From the NCBI GenBank assembly GCA_964525185.1, contig CAZGFQ010000004.1:26890-90889 (forward strand): a stretch of 64,000 bases of DNA, given 5' to 3'. A program made the position numbers and the translations under genes. Origin of the DNA: an uncultured bacterium (GTDB lineage Bacteria > Fidelibacterota > Marinisomatia > Marinisomatales > UBA1611). The first letter of the stretch is position 1; each line of letters begins with the position of its first letter. Below, in pieces: positions 49,376 through 58,773 of this stretch. The notes beneath the pieces were generated by a model. That model worked only from the letters and a program-made list of their open reading frames with translations. It ran no database searches and was not told the origin of the DNA.

Positions 49376-50104
49376 ATGATGATTGAACATCATATAATTC
49401 CACCCTTCACCTCTACTTGGTGGATAGGACTCATTGTGAGCGTATTAGGCATTTGGACTATAATCCAATACGGCAAAAGCCTTAGCCCTAAAAAAGAAGC
49501 TCAATTTTCATTTATTTTAGGTATAATATTAATTTTAAGAGAAATAGTGAGAGAAATCTATCTTTATTCAATAAATGCATGGCATATTACAGATAGTCTC
49601 CCTTTACATTTATGTGGAGTTTCATCCATAATTGCTGGGCTTATTTTAATTTATCGAAATCAATTTTGGTTGGAATTTATTCTTATTTTAGGTATTCCTG
49701 GAGCAGTGCATAGTTTTTTAACTCCTGAGCTTACAAATGGAAATGATTCTTATTTACTCTTTGAATATTACTTTAGTCATTCAGGTATAATTTTTTCAGG
49801 CCTATATCTTGTTTTTGTTCATAAAATGTCACCACGATTAGGATCTTGGAAAAATGCTTTTTGGGTGGCGCAAGTGTTACTCATATTTATCGGTTTAATG
49901 AATATTATATTACAATCGAATTATATGTATTTATCAAAAAAGCCACTTGTCTCAAATCCATTAATCATTGGTGAATGGCCATTTTATTTATTGGGATTTG
50001 AAATTGCAGGTTTGGTACATATTCTTCTTTTTTATAGTTTTTTTATTTGGGTGGTGAAAAAGAACCCAGAAAAAGTCACCATAAATAAATACGATTCGTT
50101 ATAA
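49376..50104 (+). CDS. Multi-pass integral membrane protein (possibly YwaF/TIGR02206-like)
   Basis: 242 aa, about 7 hydrophobic segments. The DSLPLHLCG motif recalls the YwaF family, but this assignment is from memory only. Confidence 0.5.
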   Translation: MMIEHHIIPPFTSTWWIGLIVSVLGIWTIIQYGKSLSPKKEAQFSFILGIILILREIVREIYLYSINAWHITDSLPLHLCGVSSIIAGLILIYRNQFWLEFILILGIPGAVHSFLTPELTNGNDSYLLFEYYFSHSGIIFSGLYLVFVHKMSPRLGSWKNAFWVAQVLLIFIGLMNIILQSNYMYLSKKPLVSNPLIIGEWPFYLLGFEIAGLVHILLFYSFFIWVVKKNPEKVTINKYDSL

Positions 50105-50106
50105 AT

Positions 50107-50718
50107 ATGAAAAAATATATTTATTTTTATTTACTTCATTTATTATTTGCTCAATTCCTTTCGGGGCAAATATTAGAGCTTGTTTTAAAATCGGGAGATG
50201 TTATTGCATCTAGAAATAAATATACAATCGATAATAAAAGCCTAATTTTTTGGAAAGATAGTTTAGCCGTTTTAGCCGTACCCGTTATGACAATCGATGG
50301 TGTCTACTATTCTACAAAAACATATAAAGCATTAGGCGTTCCCTTTCAAGTAATGGGTGGTTTTATTGCCGGATCTTCTATGGCGGCATCTGTCGCGGGG
50401 CATAGCGAATATTTATCCTATGGATTACCTACCGGGCTTATTTTATACGCAGCAGGGCGTAGGCTAAATTATTGGGGTCGAGACCATGGAAAAGATGCCA
50501 TATTTTATGATTTTCACGATTTAGGATTCTTGAACCGACTTGTCATTTTTGAAAGTATTCAACTTGATATTAATAGAAAAAACAGCCAAAATGATCGAGG
50601 CTATTTTGAAGTAGGCCCCGAAGGAGAAACGCCACCTAGTATCTTTAAATGGGATGGACGAAAAGTGTGGAAAAAATGGTTTAAGAGAAAGAAAAGGAAG
50701 TGGGTGGAGTTCGGTTAA
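50107..50718 (+). CDS. Hypothetical exported protein with basic C-terminal tail
   Basis: 203 aa. Signal-like N-terminus, central hydrophobic stretch, C-terminal WKKWFKRKKRKW. Confidence 0.5.
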   Translation: MKKYIYFYLLHLLFAQFLSGQILELVLKSGDVIASRNKYTIDNKSLIFWKDSLAVLAVPVMTIDGVYYSTKTYKALGVPFQVMGGFIAGSSMAASVAGHSEYLSYGLPTGLILYAAGRRLNYWGRDHGKDAIFYDFHDLGFLNRLVIFESIQLDINRKNSQNDRGYFEVGPEGETPPSIFKWDGRKVWKKWFKRKKRKWVEFG

Positions 50719-51287
50719 TATTAACGGCATTAAAAGCAGAATCTGCTCCTATCATCCAGCATTTTAATTTAGAAAAAATATCTGCATCATTTCCGTTATT
50801 TAAAAAAGAAAATATTTATTTGGCTGGTACTGGCGTTGGAGAAAAAGGTGTCTCCCAATCTATACCAAAAATAATGTTGTTTTTTAAAGATATTCCCATT
50901 GATCATATAATAAATGTTGGTATTTCAGGTGGGTGCCCAGACAGGACAAAACTTGGTCAATTATATCAAGCGAGGTCCATTTCAAAACACAAAGAATCAT
51001 CATCTTTTTTATTAAAAAAATTTCATGACGGTATCATCGAATTACCTTTAACAACCGTTAACAGTGAAATTAAAAAATGGACCAACGAATTTCCTGATAT
51101 TGTAGATATGGAAGCATTTCATATTATTAAAGTTTTAAAGGAAGTATATCCTCTTGAGATCATGACAACTTTAAAAGTGGTTTCTGACTATATGGATACT
51201 CATGAAAGAGTCATAACAAAACAGGATGTTTCTATTTTTATCAAAAAACAAATGAATAAGATAGAAACCGTTATCTTGAACGGCTAA
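50700..51287 (+). CDS. Nucleoside phosphorylase/nucleosidase-superfamily protein (PNP_UDP_1-like)
   Basis: 195 aa. LILTALKAESAPI, VGISGG and DIVDMEAF resemble MTA/SAH-nucleosidase or futalosine-hydrolase-like proteins. GTG start overlaps the upstream gene. Confidence 0.5.
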   Translation: MGGVRLILTALKAESAPIIQHFNLEKISASFPLFKKENIYLAGTGVGEKGVSQSIPKIMLFFKDIPIDHIINVGISGGCPDRTKLGQLYQARSISKHKESSSFLLKKFHDGIIELPLTTVNSEIKKWTNEFPDIVDMEAFHIIKVLKEVYPLEIMTTLKVVSDYMDTHERVITKQDVSIFIKKQMNKIETVILNG

Positions 51288-51299
51288 ATTCAGCCCACT

Positions 51300-51401
51300 A
51301 TGAAAACAATAATCTTTTCACTAATTATACTATTTGTCGTTGGTTCATTAGCGCTTGCTTTTATTTATAGACTCCAGGCGCCAGATGACCCTGATTCTTA
51401 G
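51300..51401 (+). CDS. Possible 33-aa single-TM peptide
   Basis: MKTIIFSLIILFVVGSLALAFIYRLQAPDDPDS. Below the track cut-off and sits between two genes in the same orientation. Confidence 0.3.
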   Translation: MKTIIFSLIILFVVGSLALAFIYRLQAPDDPDS

Positions 51402-51407
51402 GAAGAA

Positions 51408-52934
51408 ATGCCTCAAATAGGAATATATATATTTCTATTATTGGCCTCGATTAGTCTAGGTCAACCGGGATTTAGTTTAGAAGATTTAAATCCTAATTCA
51501 CTCACATACGGACAAATGATGGGACCTTCTGATTTTGAAGGAGATGTTACCATTCTTTTTTTTGGACATGAAACGTGAGGTACTTGTCGAAACCGGTTCG
51601 GTTTTCTTAACAAAATACATACTGATCTACAATTATTAAATGTAACTGATGTTCATATACTTGGTATTGGGAAGGATGAGTATAACACATCATTAAATCA
51701 GATGATTGCTGGTGCACATTTGCCTTGGTTGGAAGATTCAAATGCCACTGGATACCCCGTCTGGTCTTCATGGAATGCACAACAGAGATCTATTTTTATA
51801 CTAAATCGTGATGGTACTCAAGATACAACATTTAATATGACACCTTATTCCGAAGATGATCCTGAAGATTATTTATATTTAATGCATTTAATATTAAGCT
51901 ACCGAAATAATGGCGGGAATCAAACGATTCGGATTCCGGAAGATTATCCTGAAATACAAACGGGAATCGATATGAGTCAAGATGGTGATTTAATTATAGT
52001 CGATTCGGGGACATATTTTGAGCAACTAAATTTAATGGGGAAACACATTACATTAGCTTCATTATCTTTTCATAATATGGCTAATGATTATTTAGATGAT
52101 ACTATAATAGATGGGCAAGGAATTGATAGAGTTATAACTATTGAAAATGGAGAAAATTCATCCACAAAGGTTATTGGGCTAACTATTACAAATGGGAATG
52201 CTGATATTGGTTCTGGAATTTTCATTGGGAATAGTTCTAATCCAGTTATTGAAAAAAACAAAATTTTAAATAATAATGGAGTCTGGTGTGGAGCTGTAGG
52301 TGGTGGTATAGCAATTATGGAACAGTCACATCCAAAAATCATTGGGAATATTATTGAAAATAATTCTGTAAATGGCCCTTGTGATTGTATATGCTATTTT
52401 GGAGGAGGAGTATATGTTGACTCTACATCATTCCCAATTGTTGGTGGTGAAGAGGGGCTAGGGAATTCATTTTTTTTGAATAGCAGTGATTACGGTTACC
52501 ATCTTTTTAGGCAACCACCCATGGATACCACTGATATTATACCGATTAATGCAAGATTTAATACATTTGACCAATGTCCACCAGAATATTTTGGCGATGT
52601 TTACCCGGAATTTGGATGGGATGTGTCAAATTGTTATCCAATATTATCCATTGATGATGAATTTGTAACAAATAGTTTTACTTTATTTTCTGCTTACCCT
52701 AATCCATTTAATGGACATGTCACTTTATCATTTTCGCTAGAAAAAGATGAAACCACCCAAATGAAAGTATATGATTTATCAGGCAAATTAGTAGATAAAA
52801 TTTTGAATGAAAAAATGAGAACAGGGGATTACACCATTACATGGGACGCTAATAATTATGCAAGCGGTGTATATATTGTTCAGTTAAATTTTGGTGATGC
52901 ACAAGTATCTCAAAAAATACTTCTCCTTAAATAA
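51408..52934 (+). CDS. Secreted thioredoxin-fold (TlpA/redoxin-like) protein with UxxC motif (in-frame TGA, candidate Sec57), fused to a right-handed beta-helix and a T9SS C-terminal sorting domain
   Basis: ATG 51408 is in phase with track ORF 51702..52934 (offset 294 nt). The only interruption is TGA 51576-51578: ..GDVTILFFGHET[TGA]GTCRNRFGFLNKIH..ILGIGKDEY..LPWLEDS..SIFILNRDG. PbH1-like repeats (NGNADIGSGIFIGNSSNPVIEKNKILNNN...). C-terminal YPNPFNGHVTLSF...VYIVQL tail. Confidence 0.7.
51589..51606 (+). other. SECIS-like hairpin 10 nt downstream of the UGA of the thioredoxin-fold gene
   Basis: GAAACC (51589-51594) pairs with GG(U)UUUC (51600-51606), leaving one bulged U. The apical loop GGUUC places GGU 17-19 nt after the UGA. 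Folded by hand. Confidence 0.5.
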
Positions 52935-53685
52935 GGTTTTCATTTGTATTGCTATTTTAAATGCAGGATCATCCTTGCAGGGAGAAACTTCATTCAAAGG
53001 TGAAACCATGATTAAAGAAATTGATTGGGCGGGAATATCGTTCAAAATGGTTCAAACTGGCGAATCAAATCACAAGTTAATTTGGTTACATGGTGATGAA
53101 AAAACTGCAAAGATGGCATTGGAAGATTATGTTCATCATAATCCCGGGATAGCTTATTTTATTCAATATTCGGAGCGAGAAGTTCCATTTTGGGATACTA
53201 AAGTAGATCCAAATCGTATTTTCTCAACAGTGGGTTCCAGAAAGGCTCTTCAAAAATTCAAAACAGACTGGAATAACACCCAACTCAATGAAGCTGTATC
53301 ATTAATTGAAAGAGAAAGGCGATCTTTTTTAGATGAAATATTTCCAACGAACGGTGGTGTCCTAATATCACTCCACAATAATTTTCGGGGATACGATGTT
53401 CATTCGGAGATAAAAAACAGTACATCTATTTCAATAAAAGAAGGACAAAACCCAAGAGATTTTATCATTTGCACAGAAGAAGAAGATTATCTGAAATTGG
53501 CTAAAGGACCTTATAATGTTGTACTGCAAGATAAAAAAGTTGGAAAAGATGATGGCTCATTATCTTGGGCATCTTTAGACCATGGAATCCGTTATATAAA
53601 TATTGAAGTACGGTTAGGGTGGTTATCAAAACAAAAAAAGATGTTAAACTATATTCACGAAACATTAATACATGAAAATAATTAA
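52897..53685 (+). CDS. Hypothetical exported protein, possibly a zinc carboxypeptidase/amidase-like (MpaA/M14-like) fold
   Basis: About 262 aa. Signal-like VFICIAILNAGSS. WLHGDEKTA and VDPNRIFS resemble the HxxE and DxNRNF segments of M14-type enzymes, but this is a weak call. The start is uncertain (52891/52894/52897). Confidence 0.4.
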   Translation: MHKYLKKYFSLNKVFICIAILNAGSSLQGETSFKGETMIKEIDWAGISFKMVQTGESNHKLIWLHGDEKTAKMALEDYVHHNPGIAYFIQYSEREVPFWDTKVDPNRIFSTVGSRKALQKFKTDWNNTQLNEAVSLIERERRSFLDEIFPTNGGVLISLHNNFRGYDVHSEIKNSTSISIKEGQNPRDFIICTEEEDYLKLAKGPYNVVLQDKKVGKDDGSLSWASLDHGIRYINIEVRLGWLSKQKKMLNYIHETLIHENN

Positions 53686-53938
53686 TTCATTAATACAAAA
53701 GATAATAAAACTCATGCCAATCATTTTATTAGTCATGATGGCAACTATCGATAGAAAAAATTCATTATATGTCGCTTTTTTTCTAATTATTTTATTTGGT
53801 TATTCAGCCATACTAATTGCAAGAGTTCTTGAAGCAAAAAAGAAATGGTATCAAGAAAATAGTGATTTAGCTGGATTAGGGGTGGATGAAACAATAGACA
53901 CAATGGGTGACATAACAAAAAAAATTGAAAACAATTAG
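53672..53938 (+). CDS. Small membrane protein (88 aa, two TM segments)
   Basis: Hydrophobic segments MPIILLVMMATI and LYVAFFLIILFGYSAILIA. Overlaps the upstream gene by 14 nt. Confidence 0.5.
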   Translation: MKIINSLIQKIIKLMPIILLVMMATIDRKNSLYVAFFLIILFGYSAILIARVLEAKKKWYQENSDLAGLGVDETIDTMGDITKKIENN

Positions 53939-53950
53939 ATGGAGTTATAA

Positions 53951-54328
53951 ATGAAAAAAGGAATTGATCAAAAAAGTTTTATCATAGGCATTTTGTCTGC
54001 AACATTATTTTTTGTGGTGATTGGTGCGGATGAAAAGCCAATCGAAACAAATGATAATCAATTGGTTGAAGGGAATTTGGGTGACATTGTTGTTAATTCA
54101 ATTACAGTATTAGATGATGGACATGGCGGATATATTTCAACCTACAATCAAGATGGGAAGCGGACGATCTATATTGGGACAGGTGAAAATAGAAATGGAT
54201 ATATTAGTACATTTAATAAAATGGAAGAGGCTACAACCTATCTTGGGACGAACAAAGAATTAGATGGTATTGTCGTTTTAAAAGATCGTTATGGTGATTT
54301 AGGGTGGAGTCAAACAGGGAAACAATAA
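53951..54328 (+). CDS. Membrane-anchored hypothetical protein with internal GxYISTxN repeats
   Basis: 125 aa. N-terminal TM (FIIGILSATLFFVVIG). Repeated GGYISTYNQDGK / NGYISTFNKMEE segments. Confidence 0.5.
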   Translation: MKKGIDQKSFIIGILSATLFFVVIGADEKPIETNDNQLVEGNLGDIVVNSITVLDDGHGGYISTYNQDGKRTIYIGTGENRNGYISTFNKMEEATTYLGTNKELDGIVVLKDRYGDLGWSQTGKQ

Positions 54329-54414
54329 TGTCTTATATTTGGATTTTGATGGTTATTCTTGTTTTATTTGGTTTTATTAAAGCGAGAGAGCGATTAGAAA
54401 ATTATGATGAATAA
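54328..54414 (+). CDS. Possible 28-aa single-TM peptide
   Basis: MSYIWILMVILVLFGFIKARERLENYDE. The start overlaps the upstream stop (TAATG) and a strong terminator follows directly. Confidence 0.35.
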   Translation: MSYIWILMVILVLFGFIKARERLENYDE

Positions 54415-54446
54415 AAAAAGCTCCGGTTTCCCGGAGCTTTTTTTTT
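54413..54446. terminator. Bidirectional rho-independent terminator
   Basis: Stem gctccgg/ccggagc (54420-54426 / 54431-54437) with loop tttc. A7 on the 5' side and T9 on the 3' side, between convergent genes. Confidence 0.85.
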
Positions 54447-54451
54447 AGCAT

Positions 54452-55006
54452 CTACTCAGCTTTTACAAAATCTGGACCATCGGGGAACGTGGTAACATCT
54501 GTAGGTGCTACTTCTGCCAATGATGTCCCTGGACTTGTTAGTTCATCCGAATTAGGTTTTTGAACAGGGGTGGGTGTTTTTGGAACTTCATCAGCTAAGT
54601 GTGTTGTATATGATTGGCCATTCCAAATAAAGGTATGATTTGGCCCGAGTAGATTCCGAGCTTGGGCAAATGCTTCACCAAATGAACCTGAATCAATGAC
54701 GATTGATTTTGGTGCTAATTCTATCTCAGTTTCCAATGGATCTAACATGTCAATAGTTTGACTTGTTTCTTTTGGGTTATTTTCAACATAAATATCTGCT
54801 TCAGAAAATGTTTCAGATGTTGTATAACTTTCAACTGAAATATTTTCTGACCCACGATGTTGAATGAATACTCCAATAAGAATTGCAACACTCATTATTC
54901 CCATTGTTTGTAAGATTCTTTTATCTGTTTTTTCCATAGTTTTTCCTTTCATGGATTTGTTTTTCATTGAATAAAACTTTAAAAAAACTATATGAGTTCC
55001 ATCCAA
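54452..55006 (-). CDS. Membrane-anchored hypothetical protein
   Basis: 184-aa ORF. The true start may be an internal Met (for example 54967). TM segment MGIMSVAILIGVFI. Pro/Thr-rich C-terminus. Confidence 0.5.
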   Translation of the reverse strand: MDGTHIVFLKFYSMKNKSMKGKTMEKTDKRILQTMGIMSVAILIGVFIQHRGSENISVESYTTSETFSEADIYVENNPKETSQTIDMLDPLETEIELAPKSIVIDSGSFGEAFAQARNLLGPNHTFIWNGQSYTTHLADEVPKTPTPVQKPNSDELTSPGTSLAEVAPTDVTTFPDGPDFVKAE

Positions 55007-55067
55007 AAAAATATTTTTAGAAAATCAATGAAGAAAACGAGCATGAATACTAGTAATTTCTTCGTCT

Positions 55068-57275
55068 ATGAAATCTATTTATTTTATTCTATTTCTATCT
55101 TTAGCATCATCTGCTTTAGTGGGGAATACTGTGATCAGGGGTGCTGTTTCAGACGAAATGACAGAACAGCCTATTGTCGGAGTTAATATAGAAGTTGTGG
55201 GTACCGATTTTGGCTCTTTTTCTGATGAAGGTGGCCAGTTTAGGGTACAGACAAATCTATTATTCCCAATTGAGCTGAAATTGTCTCACATTGGTTATGA
55301 AACAAAATTTATGACCATTCAGGATGATCAAACCATTAAGGTATTTCTCGTGCCATCTGTTATTACTTCTCAATCAGTAGAAGTGGTTGGGGAAAGAAAA
55401 AAATATGAAGCAGATGTTTCTTCCTCTATTGATATTGTTGACTTGGAAGATATAGAACTTCAAGGCGCACGTGACTTGGGCAGCTCTTTGCGTCGTGTGA
55501 GTAGCATTAAAATCGATTATTCCACTTCGGGAAAGCAAACGATTAGTATCCGAGGGAATAATGCAACGGATGTGGCTGTTTTCCTTGATGGAATAAAGAT
55601 GAATGATTCGAATACAGGTGTTGCAGATTTATCTTCACTTGATTTAAATGTGATTGAACAAATCCAAGTTATAAAAGGTGGGAATTCTACTTTGTATGGT
55701 GCAGGTGCTATTGGCGGTGTAGTAAATATGGAATCTAAACGCGCTGAAAAAAATGGAATCTATTTTAATCAAGGGATTGGCCAAACATTTAATGATGATG
55801 TTGACTTTTCTACCGGAGCGACTGGGCGATGGAAAGCATTTGGAATTGGTGGGAGATATTCTGGGAAGACCCGCGCTTATGGCGGAAGAACGATTACTAC
55901 ATCTATTTTTCAAAATGTTTTTTCAAATTTAGATTTGAATTCAGGAAATGTAAATGCGCGATATTACCAATTTAATAAAGGGTTGGAATTCCCATCTGGT
56001 GGAGTTGCAACTCAAGATGATATGACTTTATTTAGCGCACAATATGATGGACGAATATTCAAATGGGATGGATGGTCATTACAAGCTGGGCAAAGATTAT
56101 GGAATCTATCTCAAGATTTTTATACGAGTTTAGAAGAAAACCTTCATGATGAATCATTAAATGTGCAAGTATTGAAGCATGGTCGAATTGGAAAATTAGA
56201 TATGTCTCTTCAGTACGAATTAGAAGATCAGAAATTTCAAGGTATAAAAAATTATAAATCCTTGTTTGGGGATACCACAGTGATTCAAACTGGAGATATG
56301 AAGCGAAGAAGCCAGGCGGGATCATCAGTATTTCAATGGGAAGTATTAGGCGATCACCCCTATGTGGATATCATAGCGTTTGAGCTGGCAATGAGATTTA
56401 ACTATATTCAAACAATTCGTGAACAAACATTCTCATTCCCAGGAATTCCTGGAAATAGTGGAAATATATATTATGAAAAACCAGGTTCATTTTTAGCATC
56501 TACTCCATCTTCAAAGAGAATTGGTATTCGGATGGAAGGAAAAACACCGCGATTAGATTATGGCTTTTTTGTAAATCAAGGGAATAATACACGGTTACCA
56601 TCCTTGAGTGATTTCTTTCGTTTTTCGAATGCAAGGGAAGAAGATAAAGTAGATTCTACCTTAGTGAATGAAAATGTATCCACTACTGAAGGAAATCTTC
56701 AGTTTAATTTTAAACTTTTTGATAATTCCAAGATTCTCGATGGATTGGATTTAACATTTGGATACTTTAGAAACAACTACACGAATAAGATTGCTTACCG
56801 ATTATTAGAAGATTCTCCTCCGGTTCCATATAATACACTTACATCAGAAATAAGCGGACAAGAATTCACCATTAATTCATCCAATTTGAATGGGAAGTTA
56901 AATCTCTCGTTTGCAACAACCCTTTTACAAATTTCAGATGTACTAATATTTCCAAACAAGCCAGAACGAAGAAGTGTAACAACCATTGAATGGAATCAAG
57001 ATTGGTTTGTAGCCACATATGATATGACCTACGATGGGGAACAATTCTTTTTTATACCTGGCGTAGGTGGTGGCGTTATTAAACCCAAAGAAAATGCAAA
57101 TTTAAGTTTATCCTTAAGAAAAAAATACTTGGGTTTGAATTGGCGAGCTTCTTATACAATAAGGAATATTTTTTCGAAGGGAGAAATAGATTTAACATTA
57201 GAAGAAAGCTTAGAGCGTGGCTACAATTATTTTGATAAGTATAGAGAAATTTTTACCATCAAGGTAGAATGGTAA
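55068..57275 (+). CDS. TonB-dependent receptor with CarboxypepD_reg-like N-terminal domain
   Basis: 735 aa. Signal peptide, VIRGAVSDEMTEQPIVGVNIEVVGTDFGSFSDEGGQFRV, plug IQVIKGGNSTLYGAGAIGGVVNM, C-terminal aromatic residue (..KVEW). Confidence 0.88.
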   Translation: MKSIYFILFLSLASSALVGNTVIRGAVSDEMTEQPIVGVNIEVVGTDFGSFSDEGGQFRVQTNLLFPIELKLSHIGYETKFMTIQDDQTIKVFLVPSVITSQSVEVVGERKKYEADVSSSIDIVDLEDIELQGARDLGSSLRRVSSIKIDYSTSGKQTISIRGNNATDVAVFLDGIKMNDSNTGVADLSSLDLNVIEQIQVIKGGNSTLYGAGAIGGVVNMESKRAEKNGIYFNQGIGQTFNDDVDFSTGATGRWKAFGIGGRYSGKTRAYGGRTITTSIFQNVFSNLDLNSGNVNARYYQFNKGLEFPSGGVATQDDMTLFSAQYDGRIFKWDGWSLQAGQRLWNLSQDFYTSLEENLHDESLNVQVLKHGRIGKLDMSLQYELEDQKFQGIKNYKSLFGDTTVIQTGDMKRRSQAGSSVFQWEVLGDHPYVDIIAFELAMRFNYIQTIREQTFSFPGIPGNSGNIYYEKPGSFLASTPSSKRIGIRMEGKTPRLDYGFFVNQGNNTRLPSLSDFFRFSNAREEDKVDSTLVNENVSTTEGNLQFNFKLFDNSKILDGLDLTFGYFRNNYTNKIAYRLLEDSPPVPYNTLTSEISGQEFTINSSNLNGKLNLSFATTLLQISDVLIFPNKPERRSVTTIEWNQDWFVATYDMTYDGEQFFFIPGVGGGVIKPKENANLSLSLRKKYLGLNWRASYTIRNIFSKGEIDLTLEESLERGYNYFDKYREIFTIKVEW

Positions 57276-57279
57276 ACAG

Positions 57280-58773
57280 ATGAAAGCTGTTTTATGTCGC
57301 CTTTTTATTTTTGGACTAATAGCTGTTACAAGTTGTAAAGTGCCCACATTGCCTGAAGAAAAGAAGGAAGACCCTTTGTTTCAAGTTTTAATTGATTACG
57401 ATGGGCATACCATTTATCATCCCACGGAAGTCAAAATCACTTGGACAGAATTTGTTGTTAATGGGTTTAAGGAAATAATGGTAGAAAAAGCGAAAATTAT
57501 TAATAATGAAAAAAATTGGGTCCATTTAGCATCTGTTACTGATTCATTAGCTATTTCTTATATTGACACGATTGATGATGATGGGTCTTTTCAATATCGT
57601 GTCAGACTTGTAGATAAAAACAATCAATTTATTTCTGCTGAGTCGAATACGTTTGATGTGCCAAATGTTTCAGCGCTAGAAATGCCTTCTCATTACGGTT
57701 CACTGGCAATAGCTTATGAATCACCATTTTTAGATGAAGGGGATTCTATTAAAATATCACCTGGAACATATGCCGGTAATTTTAAATTATTGGAAAAGAA
57801 TGTTACTATCATTGGTGTTTACGGAGCAGAAACAACTATATTTACTGGAATTTCTGACACAATGCCTGTTATTGAAATGAGTATTGGAACTTTCTCAGGA
57901 ATTACCATTACTGGAGGGCATTCCTATAATGCGGGAGGGATTCGTGCCACAGGAAATGTTTTAATTAAAAATTGTATTATTACGGGGAATGCAACCATTG
58001 AAAATGAAGATGCGAATATTCAAATATATCCATTTGCATATGGTGGTGGTGTTTATTTAACCGATAATGCAATCATGGAAAATTGTATAATATCTGAAAA
58101 TTGGTCATGGTTTGGTGCGGGTGGTGTTTTGATGGATGGAAATACCATTATCAGAGATTGTGTTGTAGACCAAAATAGAACAAAAGGATTAGGTGGCGGA
58201 ATTTTAGTTTATTCAGGTGATTGCAAGATTGAACGCGTTGATATAAAAAGGAATAGATGCTTAGGACAATCTATGGGAGGCCCAGCAGATCCCAGTTTTG
58301 GTGGTGGACTGGGAGTAAGATCAGGTACGGTTACAGTTAATAATACTTTATTATGGAAAAATAATGCCATGAGTGGCGGTGGCGGTTTCTATAATTTTCT
58401 TGGTGGAAATATATCTTTAACAAATTGTGTAATTGTTGAAAATACATCTGGTCTTGTAAATTATAAAGAAGGATCCGGTGTTAATTGGGGAGACCTTAAT
58501 GTGCTCAATACGATTATATGGGATAACACTGGCGGAAATCCACGGCGGTTATGGCAAAATGCAACCTATTGTAATATTGATGAAATTTTTATTGTTAATA
58601 CAAGTTCAGGCAATATTCAAGATGACCCTGAGTTTTTACTTGAAACTGCCGATGATTTTAGAATAAATAATTCCTCGCCGTGTGTAGATGCAGGTCACCC
58701 AGACAACCAATATAATGATACCAACGGGACTAGAAATGATATGGGTATTTTTGGAGGCCCCGGAAGTTCTTAA
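57280..58773 (+). CDS. Lipoprotein with right-handed parallel beta-helix repeats
   Basis: 497 aa. Lipobox AVTSC and an N-terminal Ig/Fn3-like region. PbH1-type repeats (GGIRATGNVLIKNCIITGN..., GGGVYLTDNAIMENCIISEN...). C-terminal DDPEF...SPCVDAG...GIFGG motif. Confidence 0.75.
   Translation: MKAVLCRLFIFGLIAVTSCKVPTLPEEKKEDPLFQVLIDYDGHTIYHPTEVKITWTEFVVNGFKEIMVEKAKIINNEKNWVHLASVTDSLAISYIDTIDDDGSFQYRVRLVDKNNQFISAESNTFDVPNVSALEMPSHYGSLAIAYESPFLDEGDSIKISPGTYAGNFKLLEKNVTIIGVYGAETTIFTGISDTMPVIEMSIGTFSGITITGGHSYNAGGIRATGNVLIKNCIITGNATIENEDANIQIYPFAYGGGVYLTDNAIMENCIISENWSWFGAGGVLMDGNTIIRDCVVDQNRTKGLGGGILVYSGDCKIERVDIKRNRCLGQSMGGPADPSFGGGLGVRSGTVTVNNTLLWKNNAMSGGGGFYNFLGGNISLTNCVIVENTSGLVNYKEGSGVNWGDLNVLNTIIWDNTGGNPRRLWQNATYCNIDEIFIVNTSSGNIQDDPEFLLETADDFRINNSSPCVDAGHPDNQYNDTNGTRNDMGIFGGPGSS

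Noticed and set aside
53936-53950. ORFs 53672..53938 and 53951..54328 are in the same frame, separated by TAG. Stop read-through or pyrrolysine was considered.
   Set aside because: The second ORF has its own ATG, N-terminal TM helix and upstream purine-rich spacer. There is no domain continuity across the TAG and no Pyl-related context.
54992-55186. Cys-rich 64-aa track ORF overlapping the start of the second TonB receptor.
   Set aside because: It is out of frame with, and largely overlapped by, the receptor gene. That gene's signal peptide and CarboxypepD_reg domain start at 55068, so this is probably spurious.
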